From: an uncultured Ruminococcus sp.
GTDB lineage: Bacteria > Bacillota > Clostridia > Oscillospirales > Acutalibacteraceae
NCBI GenBank assembly: GCA_964629465.1
Contig: CAZVRE010000006.1
Span: forward strand, 5,615-69,614
Reading direction: 5' to 3'
Length of the DNA stretch: 64,000 bases
Shown here: in pieces, positions 37,910-47,537 of the stretch
Numbering within the stretch: position 1 is the stretch's first letter
Layout of the letters: every line of letters begins with the position of its first letter
The notes under the pieces: generated by a model
The model's input: only the letters and a program-made list of their open reading frames with translations
The model's database searches: none
Told to the model about the DNA's origin: nothing
Position numbers and translations under genes: made by a program

Positions 37910-40297
37910 TTATCCAAAAACTTTTTTGGCTACGTTGACGCCTTCCTTGGCATCTTTGCAATAATAATCTGCACCGATTTGCATAGCATACTCCTCAGTA
38001 AGCACTGCACCACCAACCATTACTACTGCATCTTTGAGTTTGTCATTACTGCGTATCAAAGATATAGTTTCCTGCATACTTGCAAGAGTGGTTGTCATAA
38101 GAGCGGATAGTCCTATCATCTTTACATCCTGTTTAATTGCAGTGTCCACAACAAGTTGCGGGTCAACATCTTTGCCCAAGTCTATTACAGTATAACCGTA
38201 GTTATCCAAAAGTACTTTTACAATATTTTTGCCGATATCGTGAATATCACCCTTAACAGTTGCAAGGATAATCTTGCCTTTTGATACTGATTTTGAATCA
38301 TTTGTACTAATATTCTGTCTGATAATCTCAAAGCAACCTTGTGCCGCTGATGCGCTCTGAATTAACTGTGGCAAGAATAAATTGCCTTTCTCAAACTCCT
38401 CGCCTACCATATCAAGAGCAGGAATAAGATGATCGTTTACAATTATCATCGAGTCAGTATCCTCAAGAATTTTCTCAGTAAGTGTCATTGCTTCGTTTTT
38501 AAGACCTGTGGCAATAGCACTAACGAGAGTGGTTTGTGTAGTAACCGTTTCCTGAACTTTCACCTGAGAATCATTGTAACTATCAATGTACTGGCGAGAG
38601 TTTTTGTCAATATTCGCAAGGACTTTATATGCCCTTATTGTGCCCATCATATCGCTGTCGTTAGGGTTGATGATAGGCAAGTCAAGTCCCTCCTCCAGCG
38701 CCATAGCGAGGAAAATATGATTAACAAGTTCACGCTTTGGCAAACCAAAACTAATGTTAGAAACGCCAAGACAAGTTTTGCAACCAAGTTGAGTTTTTAC
38801 CGTATTCAACGCCTTGAGAGTTTCTTTACAACCCTCCTGTTGAGCAGAAACCGTAAGTGTAAGACAATCAATATATACATCTTTGGCAGGAATACCGTAG
38901 GACTCTGCAGTTTTCACAATCTTTTGAGCAATCTCAAACCTACCCTCAGCAGTTTTTGGTATGCCGTTTTTATCAAGTGTTAAGCCAACTACACTTGCGC
39001 CGTATTTTTTAACTATTGGCAAGATAGATTTCAATGATTCTTCCTCGCCATTAACGGAGTTTACGATGGCTTTGCCGTTATATATACGCAAAGCAGCCTC
39101 AATAACATCTGGCTTTGTGCTGTCGATTTGCAAAGGTACATCAACAACTGACTGCAATGCTTTTACAACCTTTACCATCATTTCTTTTTCGTTAATTTCA
39201 GGCAATCCTACATTAACGTCAAGAATATCTGCCCCTGCATTTACCTGTTCTACTGCTTGTTTAATAATAAAGTCAATATCGTTATTTATAAGTGCTTCTT
39301 TAAATCTCTTTTTACCTGTTGGGTTAATACGCTCACCAATAACTCTTGGTTCATTTATCTCAACAAGTTTTGTGCCTGAACACACACAAGTGTCTAACAT
39401 CAGAGGAGAGTCTTCGTATTTGATATTTTTAAAGGTATCTTTAAGCCTTGCTATATAAACAGGAGTAGTGCCGCAACAACCTCCCACAAACTTAACTCTG
39501 CCAAGATCTGCACAAGCAAATACTCCACTTGCAAACTGATTTTCATTTACATCATATGTGTTACTGTTAGGATCAGGCAAACCTGCATTTGGCTTGATTA
39601 AGAGAGGCAAAGAAGTAGAAGCGATAAGCCTCTGCATAATAGGATAAATCTCCTTTGGACCCAAAGAACAATTGACACCTATTACATCGACTCCCAACGC
39701 TTCCATTGTAACTGCAAAAGCCTCTACGCTAACACCTGCAAAGGTACGCTGATTCTGTTCAAAAGTCATAGATGTCATAATGAACTTATCGCTATTCTCC
39801 TTAGCAGCAAGCACACCTGCTTTCAGTTCCAGCAAGTCGGTCATTGTTTCAAAAAAGATGAGGTCGGCATCTTCTCCTGCCAAAATCACCTCTTTATAGT
39901 AATTGTAAGCATCATCAAAACTCAAAGTACCTGCAGGTTCAAGCAGTTGACCAATAGGACCAATGTCCAAAGCAACTAACGCTTTGCCCTCTGTGGCTTT
40001 ACGAGCATTACTTACGCCTGCTCTAACAATCTCGCTAACTGTGTACCCACTGTTCTTCAACTTATAACCGTTTGCACCAAAAGTATTTGCACTGATAATG
40101 TTAGAACCTGCTTTTACATATTGTTTGTGTATATCAATTACAACCTCAGGATTTGTTATATTAAGAGTTTCAGGAATATCTCCTAATTTAAGACCACTTT
40201 TTTGGAGCATTGTGCCCATTGCACCGTCCAAAATTACAAATTCATTTTTTATCAAATCTTTAATTGTCACAGCGTTTTCCAGCCTTTCTATACTCAC
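37910..40297 (-). CDS. metH: Methionine synthase lacking the C-terminal reactivation domain (Hcy-binding, pterin-binding and B12-binding modules)
   Basis: 795 aa with GGCCGTTP (Hcy/Zn site), a pterin-binding barrel, and the cobalamin motif GDIHDIGKNIV (D-x-H-x-x-G). It apparently starts at GTG 40297 and overlaps the upstream ORF by 38 nt. Confidence 0.9.
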   Translation of the reverse strand: MSIERLENAVTIKDLIKNEFVILDGAMGTMLQKSGLKLGDIPETLNITNPEVVIDIHKQYVKAGSNIISANTFGANGYKLKNSGYTVSEIVRAGVSNARKATEGKALVALDIGPIGQLLEPAGTLSFDDAYNYYKEVILAGEDADLIFFETMTDLLELKAGVLAAKENSDKFIMTSMTFEQNQRTFAGVSVEAFAVTMEALGVDVIGVNCSLGPKEIYPIMQRLIASTSLPLLIKPNAGLPDPNSNTYDVNENQFASGVFACADLGRVKFVGGCCGTTPVYIARLKDTFKNIKYEDSPLMLDTCVCSGTKLVEINEPRVIGERINPTGKKRFKEALINNDIDFIIKQAVEQVNAGADILDVNVGLPEINEKEMMVKVVKALQSVVDVPLQIDSTKPDVIEAALRIYNGKAIVNSVNGEEESLKSILPIVKKYGASVVGLTLDKNGIPKTAEGRFEIAQKIVKTAESYGIPAKDVYIDCLTLTVSAQQEGCKETLKALNTVKTQLGCKTCLGVSNISFGLPKRELVNHIFLAMALEEGLDLPIINPNDSDMMGTIRAYKVLANIDKNSRQYIDSYNDSQVKVQETVTTQTTLVSAIATGLKNEAMTLTEKILEDTDSMIIVNDHLIPALDMVGEEFEKGNLFLPQLIQSASAAQGCFEIIRQNISTNDSKSVSKGKIILATVKGDIHDIGKNIVKVLLDNYGYTVIDLGKDVDPQLVVDTAIKQDVKMIGLSALMTTTLASMQETISLIRSNDKLKDAVVMVGGAVLTEEYAMQIGADYYCKDAKEGVNVAKKVFG

Positions 40298-40904
40298 AAC
40301 TCTGGACTAAATTACAAGTAGCACATCCCCTGCGTTTGCTCTGAATTTCATCTTTGCTTAGCCCCACAATAGCAGTTACGGACTTGGTTGGAGTTAGCAG
40401 ATAAGTGTCTGTGGTGCACAAGCCGATTTTGCGAGGTGCATCCAAAAGTTGCAAATATTTTTCCTGCAAAGCAATAGGATAATCTCCGTAACCCGGAGAA
40501 AATCGCCAAGTCAAGTTGTAACCCAGATTAAGCCCAGCAAGTTCTACCTCAATTTTATCCATAACTTCTTCGATTACACAACTTGCCATAGCATCAATTA
40601 CCACTGCTTTTGCCATATCCATAACCTCGTACTTTCGTATAAGGTTATTCACTTTTGCGCCCAAAGTTGCGCACATAACCACGGCTTGGGAGCAGTTTTT
40701 TAGGTGCTCTTTTATATCCTCACCTTGCAACAAATCGCAACCGTTGAGGTCAACTGTCTTGTAAATATATCTAATATTCAAAACATCTAAAAGTTCTTTT
40801 TCACACTCATCAAAAAGTGCCTTTGTGTTTTGGTCTAATTCTGTATTTTTATTACCAAGATACCTTGCAGTTTCTTGCATATTAACACGTTGTATTTTTA
40901 TCAT
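40260..40904 (-). CDS. Stand-alone methionine synthase activation (AdoMet-binding)-domain protein with Cys-rich C-terminus
   Basis: 214 aa. The call rests on family resemblance to the MetH reactivation domain plus its context between metF and metH. C-terminal CATCNLVQSCEYRKAGKRC. Confidence 0.7.
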   Translation of the reverse strand: MIKIQRVNMQETARYLGNKNTELDQNTKALFDECEKELLDVLNIRYIYKTVDLNGCDLLQGEDIKEHLKNCSQAVVMCATLGAKVNNLIRKYEVMDMAKAVVIDAMASCVIEEVMDKIEVELAGLNLGYNLTWRFSPGYGDYPIALQEKYLQLLDAPRKIGLCTTDTYLLTPTKSVTAIVGLSKDEIQSKRRGCATCNLVQSCEYRKAGKRCDN

Positions 40905-41758
40905 AAAAGGTTTCCTATTGCCTCAGTAATCTTGCGTGCCACATAAGGGTTGTTCATAGTGTATAAATGTATACCCTTTACTCCGTTTGCAATCAGGTCC
41001 ACGCATTGGTCAATCGCATAGGCAATACCTGCATCAAGCAAAGCTACAGGGTCGTTCTCGTATCTGTTCATAATTTTTGAGAACTTTGAGGGTAATGATG
41101 CACCACAAGTAGATACCATACGCTGAATTTGATTTTTGTTGACTACAGGCATAATACCTGCTTCGATAGGCACATTGATACCTGCAATTGCACAACGCTT
41201 CTCAAAATCATAGAAAAACTTGTTATCAAAAAACAACTGTGAAACCAGAAATTCCACACCACTATCAACCTTATTTTTTAGACTGATAATATCGCTTATT
41301 TCGTCCTCTGCTTGAGGGTGAACCTCAGGATAACAAGCACCTGCTATAGTAAAATTGCCCTTTTCCTTAATAAACTTAACAAGGTCAACCGCAAACTTAA
41401 AATCTGTCTGTGGTGGCAAGTTGGGAATAATATCGCCTCTTAATGCAAGTACGTTTTCGATATTATTTTCCTTAAATTTTTCCAGCACTGCCTCAACTTG
41501 CTCTCTGTTACTGTTTACGCAAGTAATATGAGCAAGAGTATCTATGTTATACTCGTTTTTAATTTTACTTGCAATTTCACAAGTATTGTCTGCAGCAGTA
41601 CCACCGGCACCGTATGTAACGCTAATGTAAGCAGGGTTTAACTCCTTGAATTCTTCCAAAACTCCATATATTGATTCGATTGGGGAGGTTTTCTTTGGAG
41701 GAAACACTTCAAAGCTCAATATAGTTTTGTCGTCCTTAAACTTTTCTGTAATTTTCAT
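40901..41758 (-). CDS. metF: Methylenetetrahydrofolate reductase
   Basis: FEVFPPKK...ISVTYGAGG is typical of MetF. I place the start at ATG 41758 (MKITEKF). The track ORF extends to 41818. Confidence 0.9.
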   Translation of the reverse strand: MKITEKFKDDKTILSFEVFPPKKTSPIESIYGVLEEFKELNPAYISVTYGAGGTAADNTCEIASKIKNEYNIDTLAHITCVNSNREQVEAVLEKFKENNIENVLALRGDIIPNLPPQTDFKFAVDLVKFIKEKGNFTIAGACYPEVHPQAEDEISDIISLKNKVDSGVEFLVSQLFFDNKFFYDFEKRCAIAGINVPIEAGIMPVVNKNQIQRMVSTCGASLPSKFSKIMNRYENDPVALLDAGIAYAIDQCVDLIANGVKGIHLYTMNNPYVARKITEAIGNLL

Positions 41759-41789
41759 ATAATCATCACCCAAACTAAAATATAAAAGC

Positions 41790-41818
41790 ATTTTATCACA
41801 AAAATCACCAAAATACAA
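41790..41818 (-). promoter_or_regulatory. Candidate metF-metH operon promoter
   Basis: On the minus strand: TTGTAT (41818-41813), 17-nt spacer, TAAAAT (41795-41790). This leaves only a ~30-nt leader. Confidence 0.45.
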
Positions 41819-41830
41819 CTATAAACAGAG

Positions 41831-41859
41831 TTGACCTACAAAGAAAAAAGATGTAGAAT
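41831..41859 (+). promoter_or_regulatory. Candidate promoter of the GtrB-like GT2 gene
   Basis: TTGACC, 17-nt spacer, TAGAAT. Confidence 0.5.
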
Positions 41860-41889
41860 AATATCAACTTATACAAAGAGGTATGCCAA

Positions 41890-42834
41890 ATGAAACTTTC
41901 CTTAATTGTGCCTTGCTATAACGAGGAAGGCAACGTAGAAGAATTTTACAACGAAACTGTCAAGGCTTTTGCAAATGTAGATTATGACTATGAATTTGTG
42001 TTTGTAAACGACGGTAGCAAAGATAAAACTATTGATAAATTGCGCAAACTCCATAGCGAAAAAACAGAAAGCAATATTACTATCGTATCATTCAGCCGTA
42101 ATTTTGGCAAAGAATCTGCAATTTATGCAGGACTTAAAAACAGCATTGGCGATTATGTTTCAATTATTGATGCTGATTTACAACAAAGGCCTGAAGTTGT
42201 AATTGAGATGATGGATATTCTTGCTAACGAGCCGGAATATGACTGTGTTGCTGCTTATCAAAACAAGCGTAAAGACAACAAACTGCTCTCAGGCATTAAG
42301 TCAGGCTTCTACAAAGTTATGAATTCACTTAGTGAAATTGACTTGCACGAAGACGCCAGCGACTTCCGAACTTTTACTCGAACAATGGCTGATACTATTA
42401 TAGAAATGACCGAATATCACAGATTTTCAAAGGGCATTTTCAGTTGGATAGGCTTTAATACAAAGTATATTCCTTATGATGTGCAGGAAAGACACGCCGG
42501 TGAAACAAAATGGTCCATTACCAAACTCGTTAAATACGCCTTTGATGGCATTACGGCCTTCTCAACAAAGCCACTTAAAATTGCAACATACATTGGCTCA
42601 ATTTCTACTATTGCTTCTCTTGTGTATTTAATCGTTGTTATTATTCAGCGTGTTTTCTTTAATATAGATGCTTTCAACGGTTATGCTACAATAGTTTGTT
42701 TGATTTTGCTTTTGGGTGGTTTGCAGTTATTCTGTATGGGACTTATTGGCTCATACCTATCAAAAATTTATGTACAAAGCAAGGGCAGACCTATCTATAT
42801 CGCAAAAGAAGTCCTAAAGCACAACAATAAATAA
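41890..42834 (+). CDS. Polyprenyl-phosphate glycosyltransferase, GT2 (GtrB/CsbB-like) with two C-terminal TM helices
   Basis: LSLIVPCYNEEGN, VNDGSKD and DADLQ motifs. Confidence 0.85.
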   Translation: MKLSLIVPCYNEEGNVEEFYNETVKAFANVDYDYEFVFVNDGSKDKTIDKLRKLHSEKTESNITIVSFSRNFGKESAIYAGLKNSIGDYVSIIDADLQQRPEVVIEMMDILANEPEYDCVAAYQNKRKDNKLLSGIKSGFYKVMNSLSEIDLHEDASDFRTFTRTMADTIIEMTEYHRFSKGIFSWIGFNTKYIPYDVQERHAGETKWSITKLVKYAFDGITAFSTKPLKIATYIGSISTIASLVYLIVVIIQRVFFNIDAFNGYATIVCLILLLGGLQLFCMGLIGSYLSKIYVQSKGRPIYIAKEVLKHNNK

Positions 42835-42837
42835 CGC

Positions 42838-42871
42838 AAAAATGCTCACAACTAAGGTTGTGAGCATTTTA
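42838..42871. terminator. Bidirectional intrinsic terminator
   Basis: 12-bp stem AATGCTCACAAC/GTTGTGAGCATT with a TAAG loop. Confidence 0.7.
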
Positions 42872-42872
42872 C

Positions 42873-44792
42873 TTAATATACTATTACTTTAAGTTTTAGA
42901 TTTTTGACACCGTTTACTTTTACATAAACATACGATGTACCTTTCTTTTTGCCTTTTACTTTTATAGTAGAGGCATTCTTTTTGCCTTTAATTTTAGCGT
43001 TTGAGGAACTTGTGTAAACATTATTTATGGATGAGGCTTTGCCCGAAATATTAACCGTTACGCTCTGCCCTTTTTTTACTTTTACTTTGCTAATTTTTTT
43101 ATTACTTGTATTGGTTAATTTAGGGTTATCGATTACTTTAATAATATACTTAATTATTGAATCGCCAACCTGAATTCGAACAATTCCTGTACCCTTCTTA
43201 AGACCTGTAACTTTACCCTTTTTATTCACACTGACTATAGTAGGAGTTTCTGACTTATATACAACTTTTTGTGATGTTTTTACATTTAACTTATACTCTT
43301 TACCTGCGCTGATTTCAGGTCCCATAGTAACCTGAACAGCCTGTGTGCTTTCGGTAGGTTCTGTCACACTTGTGCTTGGTTCAGTCGGAGTAGTTGGGTT
43401 ATCAGGCGTTTGTGTTGTAGCCGTAGTGCTTTCTGATGGTTCTGTACTTGTAGTATCATCAGGCACCACAACAGGAGGCAAGATGTCATCTTCTTCAGAA
43501 TTATTATATATCAAAACTTTTTCGCCTACCGTATTGGGGTCAACTTGTAATTCAACGAATATATTTCCGTACTTATCTTTTACCAAACCAAAGATATCTC
43601 TGGTTTCGTCGGCATCTTTTTTCCACAAAACTTTAAGACCTGTACCATCATAGTTTATGGAATAGACCATATCAGTAGTGTTGTAACAAAAAGCACCGTT
43701 ATGATAAATTAGTTGTGAGAAATTACCAGTCCACGCAGCAGTATGTGTATCATCCACATACCATCTGTCCATAATTTTCTTCAATACAGTTGAAGTGTTA
43801 GTCGTTGTATTGTGAGCAATTAACGCACCGTATTCGCTGGCAGTATAATGATGGTCAATATAATAATCTGTGTCACCTATTGTATATATAAATGTCGATA
43901 CATCTCTCCACCAAGCATTATCATAAGTTGTGTCTGGAGCCTCAGGCACTTTATTCCATGTTTGCCTTGGTCTTAATTTGTGCATTCTTGTGTCACTTAC
44001 CAAGAAGTAAGTGTGATTTGCTCTGCCAAGCAAGTCACCTGACGGATCATCCCAAGTTACATCAACGTGATACCACTGGTCTTCAATTTTTACCATAGAC
44101 CAAGTATGATTCATAGTTTCACTTGACACAACTGCTGTTTCAAATCCTAACTGATTTACTATGTAGTTGTAAGCAAGAGTATAGCCGTGGCACAATGCCC
44201 TGCCGTCAACTAACGCACCATAAGCAGAATACAAAATATTACCATATTTACTTACATCTGTATCGTACTCAACAAATACATCAAGATAATCGTGGATATA
44301 TCTCAACTGCTTGTAAGCAGGCCAAGAAGTATCAATACTGTCCAAAATAGTGTTTACTGTGTACATCAACTCAACTTTTGTGAATCTGTACTCTGATTGA
44401 TCAATAATATATTGTGGCCTTATACTAATAACTTTCTTTGTATCAGAAACAAAAGTTGTTTCTACATAAGTCTGATCAACATAATAAATGTCTGGATTTT
44501 CCCACAATACACTTTTATAAACTGCTTCAAACACAGTTTCTTCAAGATCGTAAGCAGTCATATCAATATCTTCTTCAAAATCAAGGAGACCTTGCTTTAA
44601 AGCCTGAGCCGCCTCGCTGTACATTTCTATGATTTCACTTGTATAATAAAGGTATAATAAATCAGTTTCTTCAGTAGTTGTCTCGGCTGATACAGAAAAA
44701 TTAAAAGAACATATTAACATTACTGTAGCCAACAACAAACTAATAACTTTTCTCACGCCAACACCTCCTACTAAACTTTCAATCTTATTCAT
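42873..44792 (-). CDS. Secreted transglutaminase-like (papain-fold) protein with a T/P-rich linker and C-terminal Ig-like repeats
   Basis: Signal peptide present. Cys-His-Asp core: ALCHGYTLAYNY ... HTWSMVKIEDQWYHVDVTWDD. Linker TTSTEPSESTTATTQTPDNPTTPTEPSTSVTEPTEST. Big_2-like C-terminus. Confidence 0.7.
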   Translation of the reverse strand: MNKIESLVGGVGVRKVISLLLATVMLICSFNFSVSAETTTEETDLLYLYYTSEIIEMYSEAAQALKQGLLDFEEDIDMTAYDLEETVFEAVYKSVLWENPDIYYVDQTYVETTFVSDTKKVISIRPQYIIDQSEYRFTKVELMYTVNTILDSIDTSWPAYKQLRYIHDYLDVFVEYDTDVSKYGNILYSAYGALVDGRALCHGYTLAYNYIVNQLGFETAVVSSETMNHTWSMVKIEDQWYHVDVTWDDPSGDLLGRANHTYFLVSDTRMHKLRPRQTWNKVPEAPDTTYDNAWWRDVSTFIYTIGDTDYYIDHHYTASEYGALIAHNTTTNTSTVLKKIMDRWYVDDTHTAAWTGNFSQLIYHNGAFCYNTTDMVYSINYDGTGLKVLWKKDADETRDIFGLVKDKYGNIFVELQVDPNTVGEKVLIYNNSEEDDILPPVVVPDDTTSTEPSESTTATTQTPDNPTTPTEPSTSVTEPTESTQAVQVTMGPEISAGKEYKLNVKTSQKVVYKSETPTIVSVNKKGKVTGLKKGTGIVRIQVGDSIIKYIIKVIDNPKLTNTSNKKISKVKVKKGQSVTVNISGKASSINNVYTSSSNAKIKGKKNASTIKVKGKKKGTSYVYVKVNGVKNLKLKVIVY

Positions 44793-44901
44793 AATAAGTA
44801 TATCTTATCTTTAGGATTTTTTCCACAAATTTTTCTAAATTTGTTATCTTTCACAAATTAAACTCATATAAATGTACAAAATAACTATGGAGGGGTTATA
44901 T

Positions 44902-45162
44902 GTGAAAGGCATTGTAGAAGAAAGGGCCGCTCAAATTGGAGAATATATAGTAGAAACAAAAACAACTGTGCGCAACGCTGCCAAGAAATTTGGTATCAGC
45001 AAATCAACTGTACATAAAGATGTGAGCCAAAGGCTCAAACGAATTAACCCTATGCTATACAAAGATGTCAAAGAAATTCTTGAAATAAACAAAAGTCAAA
45101 GACATATTCGAGGTGGACTTGCAACCAAACAAAAATACTTACTGCAAAAATTAGAAAAATAG
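44902..45162 (+). CDS. spoIIID: Stage III sporulation transcription factor SpoIIID
   Basis: IGEYIVETKTTVRNAAKKFGISKSTVHKDV...HIRGGLATKQKY matches the SpoIIID HTH. I prefer the GTG 44902 start after the GGAGGGG RBS. The track ORF begins at ATG 44872. Confidence 0.85.
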   Translation: MKGIVEERAAQIGEYIVETKTTVRNAAKKFGISKSTVHKDVSQRLKRINPMLYKDVKEILEINKSQRHIRGGLATKQKYLLQKLEK

Positions 45163-45178
45163 AAAATATTAGTAAATT

Positions 45179-45207
45179 ATGCGCATACTTTGTATGTGCA
45201 TTTTTTG
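45179..45207 (+). terminator. Intrinsic terminator after spoIIID
   Basis: Stem ATGCGCATAC/GTATGTGCAT with one G-U pair, followed by T6. Confidence 0.55.
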
Positions 45208-45229
45208 ACTTTTGTTTGCCTTTTTTGTG

Positions 45230-45258
45230 TTGACTATAAAAATTTATAGTAGTAAAAT
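45230..45258 (+). promoter_or_regulatory. Candidate promoter of the ABC exporter operon with embedded palindrome
   Basis: TTGACT, 17-nt spacer, TAAAAT. The spacer contains the inverted repeat CTATAAA-AA-TTTATAG (45234-45249). Confidence 0.5.
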
Positions 45259-45287
45259 AAGGTGATAATATTTAAGAGGAGAAAATA

Positions 45288-47537
45288 ATGGGCAAAATAG
45301 TTAAAAACCTCGCTCCCCATTGGAAAACTGTAATACTAATCTTCATTATGCTGGTTATTCAAGCAACTTGTGATTTGACTTTGCCTGCATACACCTCTGA
45401 CATAATAGACACGGGTATTCAAAACCAAGGTGTGGAGCATATTCTTCCCGAAAAGGTCACCCAAACAGAGTATAATTATGCTACTGTTTTTATGACTGAG
45501 GAAGAAAAACAACTGTTTACTGATAGTTACACAAAAGACGGTGATTTTTACACTCTGACAGTTACAGACGACAAAGTGTTGGAAGAATTAGACCAAGAAC
45601 TGATAGTTCCTATTATGGTAAACTACACAATGTCTGAATTATCTTTGGAACAGTTCAAAGAAATGATGGAAAAACAAGGTATTGATCCTGCTACAGTAAG
45701 TAATTCCGTTCAAACTTTCACCAAGGAAGGTGACGAAAGCGGAACAAAATATGTAGATGTTCGTCCTATCGTTGCAAGTATGATGACACAGGAACTGCTC
45801 CCTACTTTTAGAGAGAATTTAGACCAACAAATCAACACTATTGGTGCAGAAACGCTAAAAGCAACCGGCATTGCTTATGCTATTAAATGCGACAAACAAG
45901 CAGGCGTTGATGTTGCTCACATTCAAACCACTTATCTATGGACAACTGGACTCAAGATGGCTTTGATTGCAATTATCGCTACTATTGCTTCTATTGTTGC
46001 AGGCTTCTTTGCTGCAAGAGTAGGCGCAACGGTTGGTAGAGATTTACGTGAAAAAGTATTTACTAATGTTGTAGGCTTCTCAAATAGTGAGATTGACAAA
46101 TTTTCTACTGCTTCTCTTATCACCCGTACCACAAACGATATTCAGCAAGTGCAAATGGTAACCACAATGATGCTCAGGATGGTGATGTTTGCCCCTATTA
46201 TGGGTATAAGCGGTGTTATAAAAGTTTTGACAAACGGCGCTCATATGGCGTGGGTAATTGCGTTGGGCGTACTGGTTATCTTTGGCATTGTAATGCTCTT
46301 GATGGCAGTTGCTATGCCAAAATTCAAACTAATGCAAAAACTCGTAGATAGAGTTAACTTAGTTGCTCGTGAGATTTTGACAGGTATTCCTGTAATTAGA
46401 GCCTTTAAGCGTGAAGAACGAGAAGAAGAACGATTTGACGAAGCAAACATAGACCTAACCAAAACAACATTATTTACAAACCGTGCTATGTCCTTGATGT
46501 CACCTGCTATGACATTTGTAATGTACGGAATGAGCATACTAATTGTGTGGGTTGCATCAGGTCACATTAACGATGGTACAATGCAAGTTGGTGAGATGAC
46601 TGCTTACCTGACTTATGCTATGCACATTGTAATGAGTTTCTTGATTTTGACGATTATGTCAATTATGCTCCCCCGTGCTGCAGTTGCTGCAGAAAGAATT
46701 GATGAAGTTATCAGCACTGAGTCTACTATTAAAGACAACGACAACCCTGTTAAATTAACCGCAGAAAAAGGTGTTGTTGAATTCAAAAATGTTAGTTTCA
46801 GATACCCAAGCGCAGAGGAATATGTACTTGAGAACATTTCGTTTACTGCAAAATCAGGCGAAACTACTGCTATCATCGGCAGTACAGGAAGTGGTAAATC
46901 AACACTTGTAAACCTTATTCCAAGACTTTATGACACAACCGACGGCGAGATTTTAGTAGACGGCGTTAACATTAAAGATATATCTATGAAGTCTCTGCGT
47001 GAAAGCATTGGCTATGTTCCTCAAAAGGGCATATTGTTCAGTGGTACTATTGCTTCTAACTTGCGATTTGGTAACCGTAATGCTACTGACGAGGAAATTC
47101 AAAAGGCTGCCCAAATTGCCCAAGCAACTGAATTCATTGATACAAAACCACACAAATACGACAGCCGAATTGCCCAAGGTGGCTCTAATGTATCAGGTGG
47201 TCAAAAGCAACGTTTATCTATTGCTCGTGCTATTGCCAAAAATCCAAAGATTTATATCTTTGATGACAGTTTCTCTGCCCTTGATATGAAAACTGACAAA
47301 GTGCTACGAGAGGAACTCAATAAAAACGTAAAAGACGCAACTACAATTATTGTTGCACAACGAATTTCCACTATCTTACACGCAGAACAGATCATAGTTC
47401 TTGACGAAGGTAAAGTAGCAGGAATAGGCACTCACAAAGAACTGCTCAAAAACTGCGATGCATATTTGGAAATTGCCAAATCACAACTTTCTCCTAAAGA
47501 ATTAGGACTTGACGAGGAGGTGGCACAAAATGAGTAA
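45288..47537 (+). CDS. ABC exporter half-transporter (TMD-NBD), degenerate-site subunit, with a large loop between TM1 and TM2
   Basis: Walker A GSTGSGKST and signature VSGGQKQRLSIARA. The Walker B reads IYIFDDSFSALD, with Asp where the catalytic Glu normally sits. Confidence 0.9.
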   Translation: MGKIVKNLAPHWKTVILIFIMLVIQATCDLTLPAYTSDIIDTGIQNQGVEHILPEKVTQTEYNYATVFMTEEEKQLFTDSYTKDGDFYTLTVTDDKVLEELDQELIVPIMVNYTMSELSLEQFKEMMEKQGIDPATVSNSVQTFTKEGDESGTKYVDVRPIVASMMTQELLPTFRENLDQQINTIGAETLKATGIAYAIKCDKQAGVDVAHIQTTYLWTTGLKMALIAIIATIASIVAGFFAARVGATVGRDLREKVFTNVVGFSNSEIDKFSTASLITRTTNDIQQVQMVTTMMLRMVMFAPIMGISGVIKVLTNGAHMAWVIALGVLVIFGIVMLLMAVAMPKFKLMQKLVDRVNLVAREILTGIPVIRAFKREEREEERFDEANIDLTKTTLFTNRAMSLMSPAMTFVMYGMSILIVWVASGHINDGTMQVGEMTAYLTYAMHIVMSFLILTIMSIMLPRAAVAAERIDEVISTESTIKDNDNPVKLTAEKGVVEFKNVSFRYPSAEEYVLENISFTAKSGETTAIIGSTGSGKSTLVNLIPRLYDTTDGEILVDGVNIKDISMKSLRESIGYVPQKGILFSGTIASNLRFGNRNATDEEIQKAAQIAQATEFIDTKPHKYDSRIAQGGSNVSGGQKQRLSIARAIAKNPKIYIFDDSFSALDMKTDKVLREELNKNVKDATTIIVAQRISTILHAEQIIVLDEGKVAGIGTHKELLKNCDAYLEIAKSQLSPKELGLDEEVAQNE

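Noticed and set aside
37817-38110. 97-aa plus-strand ORF spanning the metH terminator
   Set aside because: It has no RBS, it crosses a strong terminator hairpin, and it continues antisense into metH.
38429-39458. Two long plus-strand ORFs (184 aa and 165 aa) inside metH
   Set aside because: They are antisense to a well-supported metH frame, have no RBS, and give low-complexity translations.
44793-44901. Possible sigma-E type promoter upstream of spoIIID (CATATAAAT near 44864-44872)
   Set aside because: Only a partial -10 resemblance is present and there is no convincing -35 at correct spacing. It cannot be supported by eye.
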